Shown here: one piece after another, positions 1-8,530 of the stretch
Numbering within the stretch: position 1 is the first letter of the stretch
Layout of the letters: each line of letters starts with the position of its first letter
DNA from: Clostridia bacterium
Lineage (GTDB): Bacteria; Bacillota; Clostridia; Oscillospirales; CAG-272
NCBI GenBank assembly: GCA_017408535.1
Contig: JAFQUL010000154.1
Span: forward strand, 1 to 32,456
Direction of reading: 5' to 3'
Length of the DNA: 32,456 bases
Translations under genes and position numbers: made by a program
The notes under the pieces: generated by a model
Seen by the model: the letters and a program-made list of their open reading frames with translations, nothing else
Database searches by the model: none
Told to the model about the DNA's origin: nothing

Positions 1-78
1 TACTTATCTGATAGTATAATTTCTTATTTAATCTCTATTAAGCTCCCGCCTCCTCAATTTGTAAATTTTAGAACATGA
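1..78 (+). CDS. 3' end of an unidentified + strand gene cut by the window edge
   Basis: Frame 1 is open from base 1 to TGA at 76-78 (...YLSDSIISYLISIKLPPPQFVNFRT*). The other two + frames stop within 20 nt. A strong + strand intrinsic terminator follows 20 nt downstream. Too short to identify. Confidence 0.3.
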   Translation, partial: YLSDSIISYLISIKLPPPQFVNFRT

Positions 79-98
79 TATACTACGAATGAGATAAG

Positions 99-146
99 AC
101 AAGCCTCCGACAAGAATTCGTTCTCATCGGAGGCTTGTTTTGTTTA
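99..146 (+). terminator. Rho-independent terminator
   Basis: Perfect 12-bp stem ACAAGCCTCCGA (99-110) / TCGGAGGCTTGT (127-138), followed by TTTTGTTT. It may also weakly serve the convergent XRE gene that ends at 198. Confidence 0.8.
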
Positions 147-197
147 CATATTTATTTGATCATTTTGTTTTCACACTGTCCAATTGTTAAGTTTTAC

Positions 198-1322
198 CTA
201 CAGAATAGTTAGAGATTTCGCGTCAGATAGAATCGTAAACCAATGTTCTTCATTTCTAACGCTGTTAAACCATTCCCAACCTTTTTCTGCCTCCATAATG
301 CTTGCAAGGTTTGCAATACCGTTCTTGATGCCTTGAAGATGTGGAAGCTTTTCGCCGTTCGGTAATTGGATATGCCAATCGTTTTTTATAAGCTTGGTTT
401 CGCCAAAGAATAGCGGATTTCCTAAGTCAAGCAATGCACTATCGGGAAATTCTTGCCATCGTTTGCATAATTCAAGAGCTTTTTCTAAATATGAATAGCC
501 GTTTTCCTTATCTCCCAAGCCAAAATACGCGGCAGACAATCTAATGTACTGCATCGTATATTCAGGGATCCAACCGTTAGGAATCGTATTTTGAGTAATT
601 CCGATAAGAATGTTGAGATACATCGTATTCCACGCCACCGAATCTTCCGGCTTACCAATATAGCTTTTATGCTCACGCATTCTCCCAATCATCGCAGATG
701 TCCGTAGAAAGTTTCCCGCATTCCTCATCATCCAATATTTTTCTTCTTCGCCTAACAACTTATAACGTTTTTCATAGACTTCATATCTTCCTTCGTACCA
801 AAAGTTGGAATGTTTATTTAGCCACCCACCAATTTCTTCCTCATCGCAGATCATACACATAGCTTCTACAGCACTTTTGCGCAGAGTGCTGTCAGTACAA
901 TCCTTCAAAATTCTCTCACAAATGTCACCGCATAATTTTCTATATTCGTCCTCCATGTTTCCGTGATAGCGAGTGATTCTGTGCATAAGCGATGTTGCAA
1001 TATGCCAATTTCGAGGATATTTTTTATGATATTTAAGTGCTAAATCCAGTTGTTCATCGAGTGAAAGAGAATTTATAACATTAAAAAAGTTTTTTTGTAC
1101 ATCTTCCTTAGCACTTATTTCATCATTGCCTATCAACTCATCAACAGTTACCTCAAAAAAATTGGCAATGGTCGGAAGAAGTGTAATGTCGGGATATCCA
1201 TCTCCGCATTCCCATTTAGAAATCGATTGAGGCGATACCGTCAATGCTTGGGCTAAAGCATCTTGTGTCATTTCTTTGTTTTTGCGATATTTTTTTATTC
1301 TTTCTCCAATCAATAAATCCAT
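198..1322 (-). CDS. XRE-family HTH transcriptional regulator with a ~300-aa helical (TPR-like) C-terminal domain
   Basis: N-terminus ERIKKYRKNKEMTQDALAQALTVSPQSISKWECGDGYPDITLLPTIANFFEVTVDELIG is a canonical Xre/HTH_3 domain. The rest is helical and repeat-like (e.g. AAYFGLGDKENGYSYLEKALELCKRW). GGAG lies 7 nt before the ATG. AT-rich relative to typA. Confidence 0.85.
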   Translation of the reverse strand: MDLLIGERIKKYRKNKEMTQDALAQALTVSPQSISKWECGDGYPDITLLPTIANFFEVTVDELIGNDEISAKEDVQKNFFNVINSLSLDEQLDLALKYHKKYPRNWHIATSLMHRITRYHGNMEDEYRKLCGDICERILKDCTDSTLRKSAVEAMCMICDEEEIGGWLNKHSNFWYEGRYEVYEKRYKLLGEEEKYWMMRNAGNFLRTSAMIGRMREHKSYIGKPEDSVAWNTMYLNILIGITQNTIPNGWIPEYTMQYIRLSAAYFGLGDKENGYSYLEKALELCKRWQEFPDSALLDLGNPLFFGETKLIKNDWHIQLPNGEKLPHLQGIKNGIANLASIMEAEKGWEWFNSVRNEEHWFTILSDAKSLTIL

Positions 1323-1490
1323 ACCTTACTCCTTTCTGTAAATGATTGTAATTAGCTTTATACGACGGGCCCTGTCGTTGTAATTATTTTATCACGACGA
1401 TAAATGTCAGTCAATAACCGCATTTTTGTGTAATTTACCACTATCGGTTGTTTTTTACTCGTTTGAGTTGATATGTATGCAACAATCAAC

Positions 1491-1526
1491 AATAAAAACG
1501 AGCCAATTTTTAGTTGGCTCGTTTTC
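1491..1526 (-). terminator. Rho-independent terminator of typA (hairpin usable in both directions)
   Basis: 9-bp stem ACGAGCCAA (1498-1506) / TTGGCTCGT (1514-1522). On the minus strand it is followed by TTTTTATT. It lies 75 nt downstream of the typA stop. Confidence 0.8.
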
Positions 1527-1600
1527 GATAATTTATGGGGTATTTAAAAACTGTCCTTGAGAACACGTTCCAAAAATGTCCGGGTTTTTATCCGTGCAAA

Positions 1601-3427
1601 TTATTTATTCTTAAGCTTGCTCTGTGCTTTAAGGCGGGAGGCGGTATCAAGGATACGCTTGCGGAGACGGAGAGACTTGGGGGTTACCTCCATCAGCTCG
1701 TCATCTGCAATAAACTCGATTGCTTCCTCAAGAGACATGATCTTCGGGGGCACGAGACGGAGAGCTTCATCCGCACCGGTAGAGCGGATGGCGGTAAGCT
1801 GCTTCTTTTTGCAGACGTTAACGGCAATGTCACCTACCTTGGGTGACTCACCTACTATCATACCCTCATAAACGGGGGTCTGAACGGGGATGAACATTAT
1901 TCCGCGCTCCTGGGTGTTAAAGAGACCGTAGGAGGTGGATTCGCCTGCCTCACTTGCGACAAGTGAGCCGGTGTATCTTATGGTTATCTCACCCTTGTGG
2001 GGCTGATATCCGTCGAATATAGAGTTCAGAATACCCTCACCGCGGGTGTCGGTGAGGAACTCGCTTCTGTAACCGAACAGACAACGTGCGGGGATGGAAT
2101 ACTCTATCTTCATTCTGTTGCCGTGAAGATTCATCTCAAGCAGGTCGCCCTTACGTGCGCCCAGCTTTTCTACTACCGCACCGACGTATTCCTCAGGCAC
2201 GTCGATTGTAACGCGCTCAATAGGCTCGCAGATAACGCCGTCTATCTCCTTGAGGAGGACCTTGGGAGTGCTGCAGCACAGCTCATAGCCCTCACGGCGC
2301 ATATTTTCGATAAGAATTGACAGGTGCATCTCACCTCTGCCGCAGACTCTGAAGCTGTCGGTGGTGTCGGTGTCCTCAACACGGAGAGAAACGTCCTTAA
2401 GGAGCTCCTTGTAGAGTCTGTCTCTGAGCTGACGGGAGGTAACAAATTTACCCTCACGTCCGGCAAAGGGGCTGTCATTTACCGAGAAGGTCATCTCCAT
2501 TGTGGGCTCACTGACCTTGACGAACTCAAGAGGCTCAATGCAGTCAAGAGCAGTTATGGTATCACCGATAGTGATATTCTCAGCACCTGAGAAGCAGACG
2601 ATATCGCCCATCTTCGCGCTTTCAACAGGGACACGGGTAAGACCGTCTATCTGGTATATGGAAACTATCTTTGTCTTTCTCGGCTGGTCGTCACGGTGGA
2701 AGTTGGAGATCATGACCTCCTGATTCTGTCTGATAGTACCGCGCTCGATACGGCCGATACCGATACGTCCTACGTAATCGTTATAGTCAATGGCGGATAC
2801 CAGAAGCTGAAGAGGGCCGTCCTCCTCACCCTCGGGGCAGGGAATGTAATCTATAATACTGTCGAAAAGCACGGTAAGGTCGCTGTCCTGAGCATCTGCA
2901 TTAAGAGAAGCGGTACCTGCACGGCCGGAGCAGAATATTACGGGGCTGTCAAGCTGTTCGTCAGTTGCATCAAGGTCGATAAGAAGCTCAAGCACCTCGT
3001 CTACGACCTCTGTGGGCCGTGCATCCGGCTTGTCTACCTTGTTTATTACCACTACGACTCTGTGGTTAAGCTCAAGCGCTCTCTGAAGCACAAAGCGGGT
3101 CTGGGGCATAGGACCCTCTGCCGCATCTACGAGCAGGAGTACACCGTTTACCATCTTCAGTATACGCTCTACCTCTCCGCCGAAGTCAGCGTGGCCGGGA
3201 GTGTCGATTATGTTGATCTTTGTGCCCTTATAGTGAACTGCGGTGTTTTTTGCAAGAATGGTGATGCCGCGCTCCTTCTCAAGAGCATTGCTGTCCATTG
3301 CACGTTCCTCGGTAACCTGGTTCTCTCTGTAAGCACCGCCCTGCTTTAGCATCTCGTCTACCAGGGTGGTCTTACCGTGGTCAACGTGGGCGATGATGGC
3401 AATATTTCTTAAATCTTCCCGTTTCAA
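1601..3427 (-). CDS. typA: Translational GTPase TypA/BipA
   Basis: 608 aa. G motifs [14 protein letters not shown] and NKVD, and a full-length EF-G-like domain layout typical of BipA. TTG start with GAGGAG 8 nt upstream. Confidence 0.95.
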   Translation of the reverse strand: MKREDLRNIAIIAHVDHGKTTLVDEMLKQGGAYRENQVTEERAMDSNALEKERGITILAKNTAVHYKGTKINIIDTPGHADFGGEVERILKMVNGVLLLVDAAEGPMPQTRFVLQRALELNHRVVVVINKVDKPDARPTEVVDEVLELLIDLDATDEQLDSPVIFCSGRAGTASLNADAQDSDLTVLFDSIIDYIPCPEGEEDGPLQLLVSAIDYNDYVGRIGIGRIERGTIRQNQEVMISNFHRDDQPRKTKIVSIYQIDGLTRVPVESAKMGDIVCFSGAENITIGDTITALDCIEPLEFVKVSEPTMEMTFSVNDSPFAGREGKFVTSRQLRDRLYKELLKDVSLRVEDTDTTDSFRVCGRGEMHLSILIENMRREGYELCCSTPKVLLKEIDGVICEPIERVTIDVPEEYVGAVVEKLGARKGDLLEMNLHGNRMKIEYSIPARCLFGYRSEFLTDTRGEGILNSIFDGYQPHKGEITIRYTGSLVASEAGESTSYGLFNTQERGIMFIPVQTPVYEGMIVGESPKVGDIAVNVCKKKQLTAIRSTGADEALRLVPPKIMSLEEAIEFIADDELMEVTPKSLRLRKRILDTASRLKAQSKLKNK

Positions 3428-3462
3428 GTTTTTATCTCCTCAAATTAAAATCTCAATTCTAT

Positions 3463-3491
3463 ATTATATCACAAATTCTCGCAAAGTTAAA
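3463..3491 (-). promoter_or_regulatory. Candidate sigma-A promoter for typA
   Basis: On the minus strand: -10 TATAAT (rc of 3463-3468) and -35-like TTTAAC (rc of 3486-3491) with a 17-nt spacer. About 30 nt upstream of the typA start. Confidence 0.35.
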
Positions 3492-3582
3492 GATGTTTTG
3501 AAAATAATTGTAAAAAAAGGAATATTCCACGATTTTTATAAAATAACACCCGGGAGAAAGAAAAATAATAGTAATATTTGCC

Positions 3583-3611
3583 TTGACTTGTATCTAATTG
3601 TGTGTTATAAT
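3583..3611 (+). promoter_or_regulatory. Near-consensus sigma-A promoter for the ArsR-like gene / SDR operon
   Basis: -35 TTGACT (3583-3588), 17-nt spacer, extended -10 TGtTATAAT (3603-3611). About 38 nt upstream of the ATG at 3649. Confidence 0.7.
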
Positions 3612-3648
3612 CTCATCAAAGAACCATTAAATAATAGGAGTAGCAAGT

Positions 3649-4734
3649 ATGAATATTATTTTTTCAAAAGAACCCAACGTAATATTTGAATGTGCCTATC
3701 TCACCTATAAGATCGTCAATCAGGAATCCTATAAGGACAAGAAATCTTACTACGCATCCAAGTATCAGGTAGATGCGGAGCTGCTTGAGAGCTGCTTCGG
3801 TACTCTCAGCAATATTTCAAAGGAAATCGTTTCCTCCGTCAAGACCAATATCAGAAGCGTTGAGGAGCTTTTCAAGAAGAACAGCCTCGGCTCCTGCCAC
3901 GCATTCTATCTCCTTCACGGTGCTATGATGACTCCCCACGCGGATATCTATGCGGCGGTTGAGAGCGTTAAGAATATTTCCAAGGCTGAGTTCTTCCTTA
4001 ACTTCTACTCTCTGCTCAGTATGCAGGACAGAAAGGCTAAGTTCGACCGTGAGGTAAAGAACTATAACGACCTTATCAACTTTATCTCCTCTATGACTAT
4101 TCCGGACGAGGAGAAGTGGGGGCTTTGCCGCTTCTATAATAATTTTGAGTTAAACAAGCAGCTTCTCTCTGAGTTTATGATGGCTATCGGTCAGGCGTAT
4201 TTTGATGCTTATGATTCTATGGATAGCCATATAGAGCATTATATCTCTACCATGGAGGCGGCTATCGCTGAGGGCGGCATCAAGTTTATCAACAGCAACT
4301 TCGGTCTTGCTCTCGGTGAGCAGATAAACAGCGTTACCGTTATTCCTACCGTTATCCTCGGCTCTGATATGAAGTATATGTATAACTTCACCGCAGACAC
4401 GGTGGACGACGCTCTTTTTGTGGGCGGCTACTACGAGCCTATCGGCAAGCTTACCGGCGACGGTGAGAAGCTCAGAGACCTTTGCGGCTCTCTCCGTACT
4501 CTCGGTGACGCCAGCAAGCTGAAGATACTGAAGATACTTTCCACCGGACCCAGATACGGACTTGAGCTTTCCAATATGCTCGGTATATCCACCGCTACCG
4601 TTTCTCATCACGTATCTCTTCTTGAGGAGTACGGCTTTATCGTTCTTGACAGAAAGCAGAACAGAGTATATTACTCCCTCAACCGTGAGAAAATAAACGA
4701 GCTTCTTGACGCTCTTCAAATCGAACTTTTGTAA
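3649..4734 (+). CDS. ArsR/SmtB-family winged-helix regulator fused to a ~270-aa uncharacterised N-terminal domain
   Basis: C-terminal LKILKILSTGPRYGLELSNMLGISTATVSHHVSLLEEYGFIVLDRKQNRVYYSLN is a typical ArsR HTH_5/HTH_20 domain. I do not recognise the N-terminal 270 aa. AGGAG SD is present. Confidence 0.8.
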   Translation: MNIIFSKEPNVIFECAYLTYKIVNQESYKDKKSYYASKYQVDAELLESCFGTLSNISKEIVSSVKTNIRSVEELFKKNSLGSCHAFYLLHGAMMTPHADIYAAVESVKNISKAEFFLNFYSLLSMQDRKAKFDREVKNYNDLINFISSMTIPDEEKWGLCRFYNNFELNKQLLSEFMMAIGQAYFDAYDSMDSHIEHYISTMEAAIAEGGIKFINSNFGLALGEQINSVTVIPTVILGSDMKYMYNFTADTVDDALFVGGYYEPIGKLTGDGEKLRDLCGSLRTLGDASKLKILKILSTGPRYGLELSNMLGISTATVSHHVSLLEEYGFIVLDRKQNRVYYSLNREKINELLDALQIELL

Positions 4735-4769
4735 TTTATAAAATATAATATACCAAGGAGATATAAAAA

Positions 4770-5630
4770 ATGAAACTTCCTTTCAAAATTGACCTTAACG
4801 GTAAAATAGCAGTAGTTACCGGTGGCGGCGGCGTTCTCTGTGCAGAGTTCGCACGTGCTCTCGGCGCATCCGGCGCAAAGGTTGCCGTTTGTGACCTTCG
4901 TTTTGAAGCCGCTGAAAAGGTAGCTAAAGAGATAAATGATGACGGCGGTATCGCTATTCCCGTTGCCGCTAACGTTCTTGACAAGGCAAGCCTTGAGGCT
5001 GCCCGTGACGAGATCCACGCTAAGCTTGGCGGTAACGTAGATATCCTTATCAACGGTGCAGGGGGTAATAACCCCAAGGGTACTACTACTCACGAGTATC
5101 TCACCAGAGAGGATCTTGAGAATGCCGCTGAGGGTGTAACCACCTTCTTTGACCTTGATCCCGCAGGTATCGAGTTCGTATTCAATCTTAACTTCCTCGG
5201 CACTCTTCTTCCCACTCAGGTGTTCGCACGTGAGATGGCGGACGGCAAGGATCCCGTTATTATCAATATCTCCAGCATGAACAGCTTCCGTCCTCTTACC
5301 AAGATCCCCGCTTACTCTGGTGCTAAGGCGGCTGTTTCTAACTTTACCATGTGGCTTGCGGTACATTTTGCTCCCGTTGGTATCAGAGTTAATGCTATCG
5401 CTCCCGGCTTCTTTGTAACCGATCAGAACCGCGCGCTTCTTATGAATGCTGACGGCTCTCTTACTCCCCGCTCTGAGAAGATACTGAACCATACTCCCAT
5501 GAACCGCTTCGGCGAGACGTACGATCTCCTCGGTACTCTCCTTTGGCTTACCGATCCCGGTGCATCCGGCTTTGTTAACGGTGTTGTTATCCCCGTTGAC
5601 GGTGGATTTGCAGCATATTCCGGAGTCTGA
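4770..5630 (+). CDS. SDR-family oxidoreductase (UxuB / D-mannonate oxidoreductase-like)
   Basis: Rossmann motif VVTGGGGVLC, NGAGG, and catalytic YSGAKAAV (YxxxK), in 286 aa. The subfamily call is by resemblance only. Confidence 0.85.
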   Translation: MKLPFKIDLNGKIAVVTGGGGVLCAEFARALGASGAKVAVCDLRFEAAEKVAKEINDDGGIAIPVAANVLDKASLEAARDEIHAKLGGNVDILINGAGGNNPKGTTTHEYLTREDLENAAEGVTTFFDLDPAGIEFVFNLNFLGTLLPTQVFAREMADGKDPVIINISSMNSFRPLTKIPAYSGAKAAVSNFTMWLAVHFAPVGIRVNAIAPGFFVTDQNRALLMNADGSLTPRSEKILNHTPMNRFGETYDLLGTLLWLTDPGASGFVNGVVIPVDGGFAAYSGV

Positions 5631-5654
5631 TAATACTTATAAGACCGTAGAAAA

Positions 5655-5683
5655 GGGATATTCCGCCTCGGATATCCCTTTTT
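5655..5683 (+). terminator. Rho-independent terminator after the SDR gene
   Basis: Stem GGGATAT (5655-5661) / ATATCCC (5672-5678), followed by TTTTT. Confidence 0.7.
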
Positions 5684-5705
5684 CAAATTTGTTTACAAAA
5701 TAACC

Positions 5706-5734
5706 TTGTAAAATTGCTTATATAATATTATAAT
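5706..5734 (+). promoter_or_regulatory. Candidate sigma-A promoter for the lipoprotein / cysteine desulfurase unit
   Basis: -35 TTGTAA (5706-5711), 17-nt spacer, -10 TATAAT (5729-5734). The background is AT-rich, so specificity is modest. Confidence 0.4.
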
Positions 5735-5774
5735 TTATAATAACACATTAAGTCACGAAAGGCAGAACCCGAAA

Positions 5775-6407
5775 ATGAAAAAACTTACGGCAATTTTTCT
5801 TGTGCTTCTTCTTTCTCTTTCCTTTGTCCTTACCGGATGCTCAAAGGGAAAGGATATAATAACCGATGACGGTGTTGCAGTTCCCGGCGGAATGCAGCTG
5901 ATATCCCCCTCTACCGTTGATTACTACCTCTTCGTTTCCGAGGACTGGAAGGCTGATATCTCCACCGGTGTAGTTACCGCTTACCGCAGTGATACCGATC
6001 CCACCAATATCTGTATGATGTCCTTTGGGCTTAAGGATATGACTATGACCTACTCCGAGTACTGGGATAGCTATGAGGATCAGTTCAAGGCTATCTACAA
6101 TAATTTTGAGATGGTTGAAGAGTCTGAGACTATCCTCGGCGGTAATACCGCAGGTAAATACGTTTATACCGCTACCTTCTTCGGCGGATCATCTGACACT
6201 ACTGGGGCTGAGTCAGAAGAAACTGAGACAGCTGATACAGCGGAAACAGATAAGACCTCCGGCGGTGTTGACTATAAGTTTATGACTATCGTTGTTGTAA
6301 AGAACGGCAGCGTTTATATTCTTACTTATACTGCACTTGCATCTGCATACGACAACAACGTCTCCGACTTTACCGAGGCTGTCAAGAACTTCCGCTTCAA
6401 GGACTGA
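5775..6407 (+). CDS. Lipoprotein of unknown function
   Basis: Signal peptide MKKLTAIFLVLLLSLSFVLTGC with lipobox L-T-G-C. Acidic Thr/Glu-rich segment near the C-terminus. No domain recognised. Confidence 0.75.
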   Translation: MKKLTAIFLVLLLSLSFVLTGCSKGKDIITDDGVAVPGGMQLISPSTVDYYLFVSEDWKADISTGVVTAYRSDTDPTNICMMSFGLKDMTMTYSEYWDSYEDQFKAIYNNFEMVEESETILGGNTAGKYVYTATFFGGSSDTTGAESEETETADTAETDKTSGGVDYKFMTIVVVKNGSVYILTYTALASAYDNNVSDFTEAVKNFRFKD

Positions 6408-6410
6408 CAA

Positions 6411-7583
6411 ATGGACAAGATTTATCTTGACAACAGCGCAACTACGCCTATATGTGCCGCTGCCCTTGACAGAATGACGGCGGTCTACCGTGAGGATTGG
6501 GGCAACCCCTCATCGGTACACGGTATGGGCGTTTCAGCCGGAAAGATACTGACAGAGGCAAAGAAGACTCTTATTTCCGCTCTCGGCGGCGTGCCGGGAA
6601 GGGGAGAGCTGATTTTTACCTCGGGCGGTACAGAAGCCGATAATATAGCCATCGTCGGTACAGCTCTTGCAAAGAGCCGTAACGCCGGGGGCAGAATAAT
6701 AATCTCTGACAGCGAACATGCGGCGGTTGACTTGGCTGCAGAGCATCTCCGCTCGCTTGGCTTTGACGTAGTCAGGATAGCTACACGCGGCGGTGTTCTT
6801 GACCTTGGCGGTCTTGAGAGTGCGCTCAGCACGAGAACCGTGCTGGTCAGCCTTATGTCGGTAAATAACGAGACCGGTGCGGTATACGATCTTTCCTCTG
6901 CGTTTTCCCTTGTTAAGCGGCTGTGCCCCGATGCATTGACACACACCGATGCTGTACAGGGCTTTCTGAAAACAAAGCAGAGCATACTCTCCTGTGGTGC
7001 TGATGCGGTGACCGTCAGCTCACATAAAATACACGGCCCTAAGGGAATGGGTGCACTGTATCTCTCTGCGGATACCGTGCGTGCAAAGAAGGTCTCTCCC
7101 ATAGTCCACGGCGGCGGTCAGTCAGGCGGACTTCGTTCCGGCACTGAGGACTTGCCGGGAATCGCCGGCTTTGCGGCGGCGGTCGAATACGGAGTTAACG
7201 GTCTCGATGAACATCTTGCTCAGATATCTTTGTGCAGGGCGCATCTTGAAGAGCGTCTAAGTGAGGATAATACACTTAACGAAATACAGATCAATAGGTC
7301 CGAGAGTGCTTTCGCTCCCCACATTATCAGTATTTCTCTGCCAAGAATACGCAGTGAGATAATGCTCAGATATCTCTCAGGAGAGGGAATATACGTCTCC
7401 AGCGGCTCTGCCTGCTCATCTCATTCTCCCGGTCCCAGCAAGACACTCCTTGCCTTTGGCCTTGACAGAAAGCGGGCGGATTCAACGATCAGAGTAAGTC
7501 TTTCACATCTTAATACTGTAGATGAGATGGACAGATTCTGCGACGTGCTTGCCGCAGGACTTAAAAAGATAGCAAGGGTATAA
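6411..7583 (+). CDS. Cysteine desulfurase (NifS/IscS-like class V aminotransferase)
   Basis: PLP-lysine motif SSHKIHGPKG, catalytic-Cys loop SSGSACSS, 390 aa. Confidence 0.9.
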   Translation: MDKIYLDNSATTPICAAALDRMTAVYREDWGNPSSVHGMGVSAGKILTEAKKTLISALGGVPGRGELIFTSGGTEADNIAIVGTALAKSRNAGGRIIISDSEHAAVDLAAEHLRSLGFDVVRIATRGGVLDLGGLESALSTRTVLVSLMSVNNETGAVYDLSSAFSLVKRLCPDALTHTDAVQGFLKTKQSILSCGADAVTVSSHKIHGPKGMGALYLSADTVRAKKVSPIVHGGGQSGGLRSGTEDLPGIAGFAAAVEYGVNGLDEHLAQISLCRAHLEERLSEDNTLNEIQINRSESAFAPHIISISLPRIRSEIMLRYLSGEGIYVSSGSACSSHSPGPSKTLLAFGLDRKRADSTIRVSLSHLNTVDEMDRFCDVLAAGLKKIARV

Positions 7584-7666
7584 TTACAATTTTGTTCGCA
7601 TAAGCGAACGCATTTGAATTTGCTGAAATTTGTGTGTCGCCGCATAGCGACGAAATGGAGGTTAAT

Positions 7667-8245
7667 ATGAGTTTAAAGGAAAAATTTATTTATATCTATA
7701 AGGAAAACATCAAGCGCGAGGGAGCGGATAAGCTGCTTGACTATCTTACCTCCCCTGCGAGCGACTTCTTTACCGCTCCTGCCAGCACACGTTTCCACGG
7801 CTCTTACGAGGGAGGCTTAGTGGAGCACAGTATCAACGTATACGAGTGTCTCAGAGACTACCTTTCCCGTGAGAGAGTAAAAGAGGTATACGGACTTGAG
7901 TATTCAGACGAGAGCATTGCTATAGTTGCCCTTCTTCACGATCTTTGCAAGGTCAATGTGTATAAGACCTCTATGCGTAACGTGAAGGGTGAGGACGGTA
8001 TCTGGAGATCAGTTCCTTATTATGAGTTCTGTGACGATCTTCCTTACGGACACGGCGAAAAGTCTGTATACATCATCTCCGGCTATATGAAGCTCACCCG
8101 TGAGGAGGCCTTTGCAATACGCTATCATATGGGCTTCTCCGGTAACGATGACGTGAGAAACGTAGGCGATTCATTTGAAAAATTCCCGCTTTCCTTCGCT
8201 CTCGCTACCGCCGACTCGGAGGCATCCTTCTTTGTTGAAAAGTAA
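7667..8245 (+). CDS. HD-domain phosphohydrolase (YhaM-type HD domain)
   Basis: PASTRFHGSYEGGLVEHSINV and ALLHDLCK motifs. I place the start at ATG 7667 (GGAGG 6 nt upstream) rather than at the track's GTG at 7634. Confidence 0.8.
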   Translation: MSLKEKFIYIYKENIKREGADKLLDYLTSPASDFFTAPASTRFHGSYEGGLVEHSINVYECLRDYLSRERVKEVYGLEYSDESIAIVALLHDLCKVNVYKTSMRNVKGEDGIWRSVPYYEFCDDLPYGHGEKSVYIISGYMKLTREEAFAIRYHMGFSGNDDVRNVGDSFEKFPLSFALATADSEASFFVEK

Positions 8246-8259
8246 AGGGGGATTTTGCA

Positions 8260-8490
8260 GTGAAGTGTCCCTGGTGCGGCTCTGAAATGGAGATGGGTGT
8301 CATACAAAGTCCGAATGAGATAAGCTGGCAGAAGAAAAGCAGACTTTTCGGTAAGGCGGAGCTTCATCCCGACTCGGTCCTTCTATCGGAGCATTCATTT
8401 ATTAAGGGTTCTGCCGTGGCGGCAGGCCTGTGCAGAAATTGCCGAAAAGTAGTCATTGACTACGGCGATAATGACAATACCGAAGAATAA
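8260..8490 (+). CDS. Small zinc-ribbon protein, function unknown
   Basis: 76 aa with CPWCG near the N-terminus and CRNCRK near the C-terminus. GTG start with AAGGGGGA SD. Lies 14 nt after the HD gene. Confidence 0.6.
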   Translation: MKCPWCGSEMEMGVIQSPNEISWQKKSRLFGKAELHPDSVLLSEHSFIKGSAVAAGLCRNCRKVVIDYGDNDNTEE

Positions 8491-8496
8491 ACTAAT

Positions 8497-8530
8497 AAAA
8501 GCAGGCAGGAATACGCTCCTGCCTGTTTTT
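8497..8530. terminator. Bidirectional Rho-independent terminator
   Basis: 9-bp stem CAGGCAGGA (8502-8510) / TCCTGCCTG (8517-8525), flanked by AAAA and TTTTT. It sits between the convergent zinc-ribbon and SLOG genes. Confidence 0.85.

Noticed and set aside
1-146. Possible small RNA: TATAAT at 15-20, a C-rich CCTCCTC anti-SD-like motif at about 48-55, and a terminator at 99-146.
   Set aside because: The -35 region would fall outside the window. Frame 1 is open from the window edge to TGA at 76-78. The simpler reading is the 3' end of a protein gene followed by its terminator.
1473-1560. Two overlapping sORFs (24 and 27 aa) as a possible signalling propeptide for the XRE/TPR-like regulator.
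   Set aside because: They are not called as features. Neither has an SD, and both traverse the typA terminator hairpin, whose palindromic sequence dictates much of the peptide. They are retained only as a hypothesis inside the regulator finding.
3366-3689. 107-aa + strand ORF spanning the typA / ArsR-like intergenic region.
   Set aside because: It overlaps the typA start, both promoters and the real start of the ArsR-like gene in another frame. It is AT-rich and low-complexity, with no SD.
7634-7666. Upstream GTG start for the HD gene (MSPHSDEMEVN...).
   Set aside because: No SD precedes the GTG, and it lies inside the second spacer hairpin. ATG 7667 has GGAGG at correct spacing.
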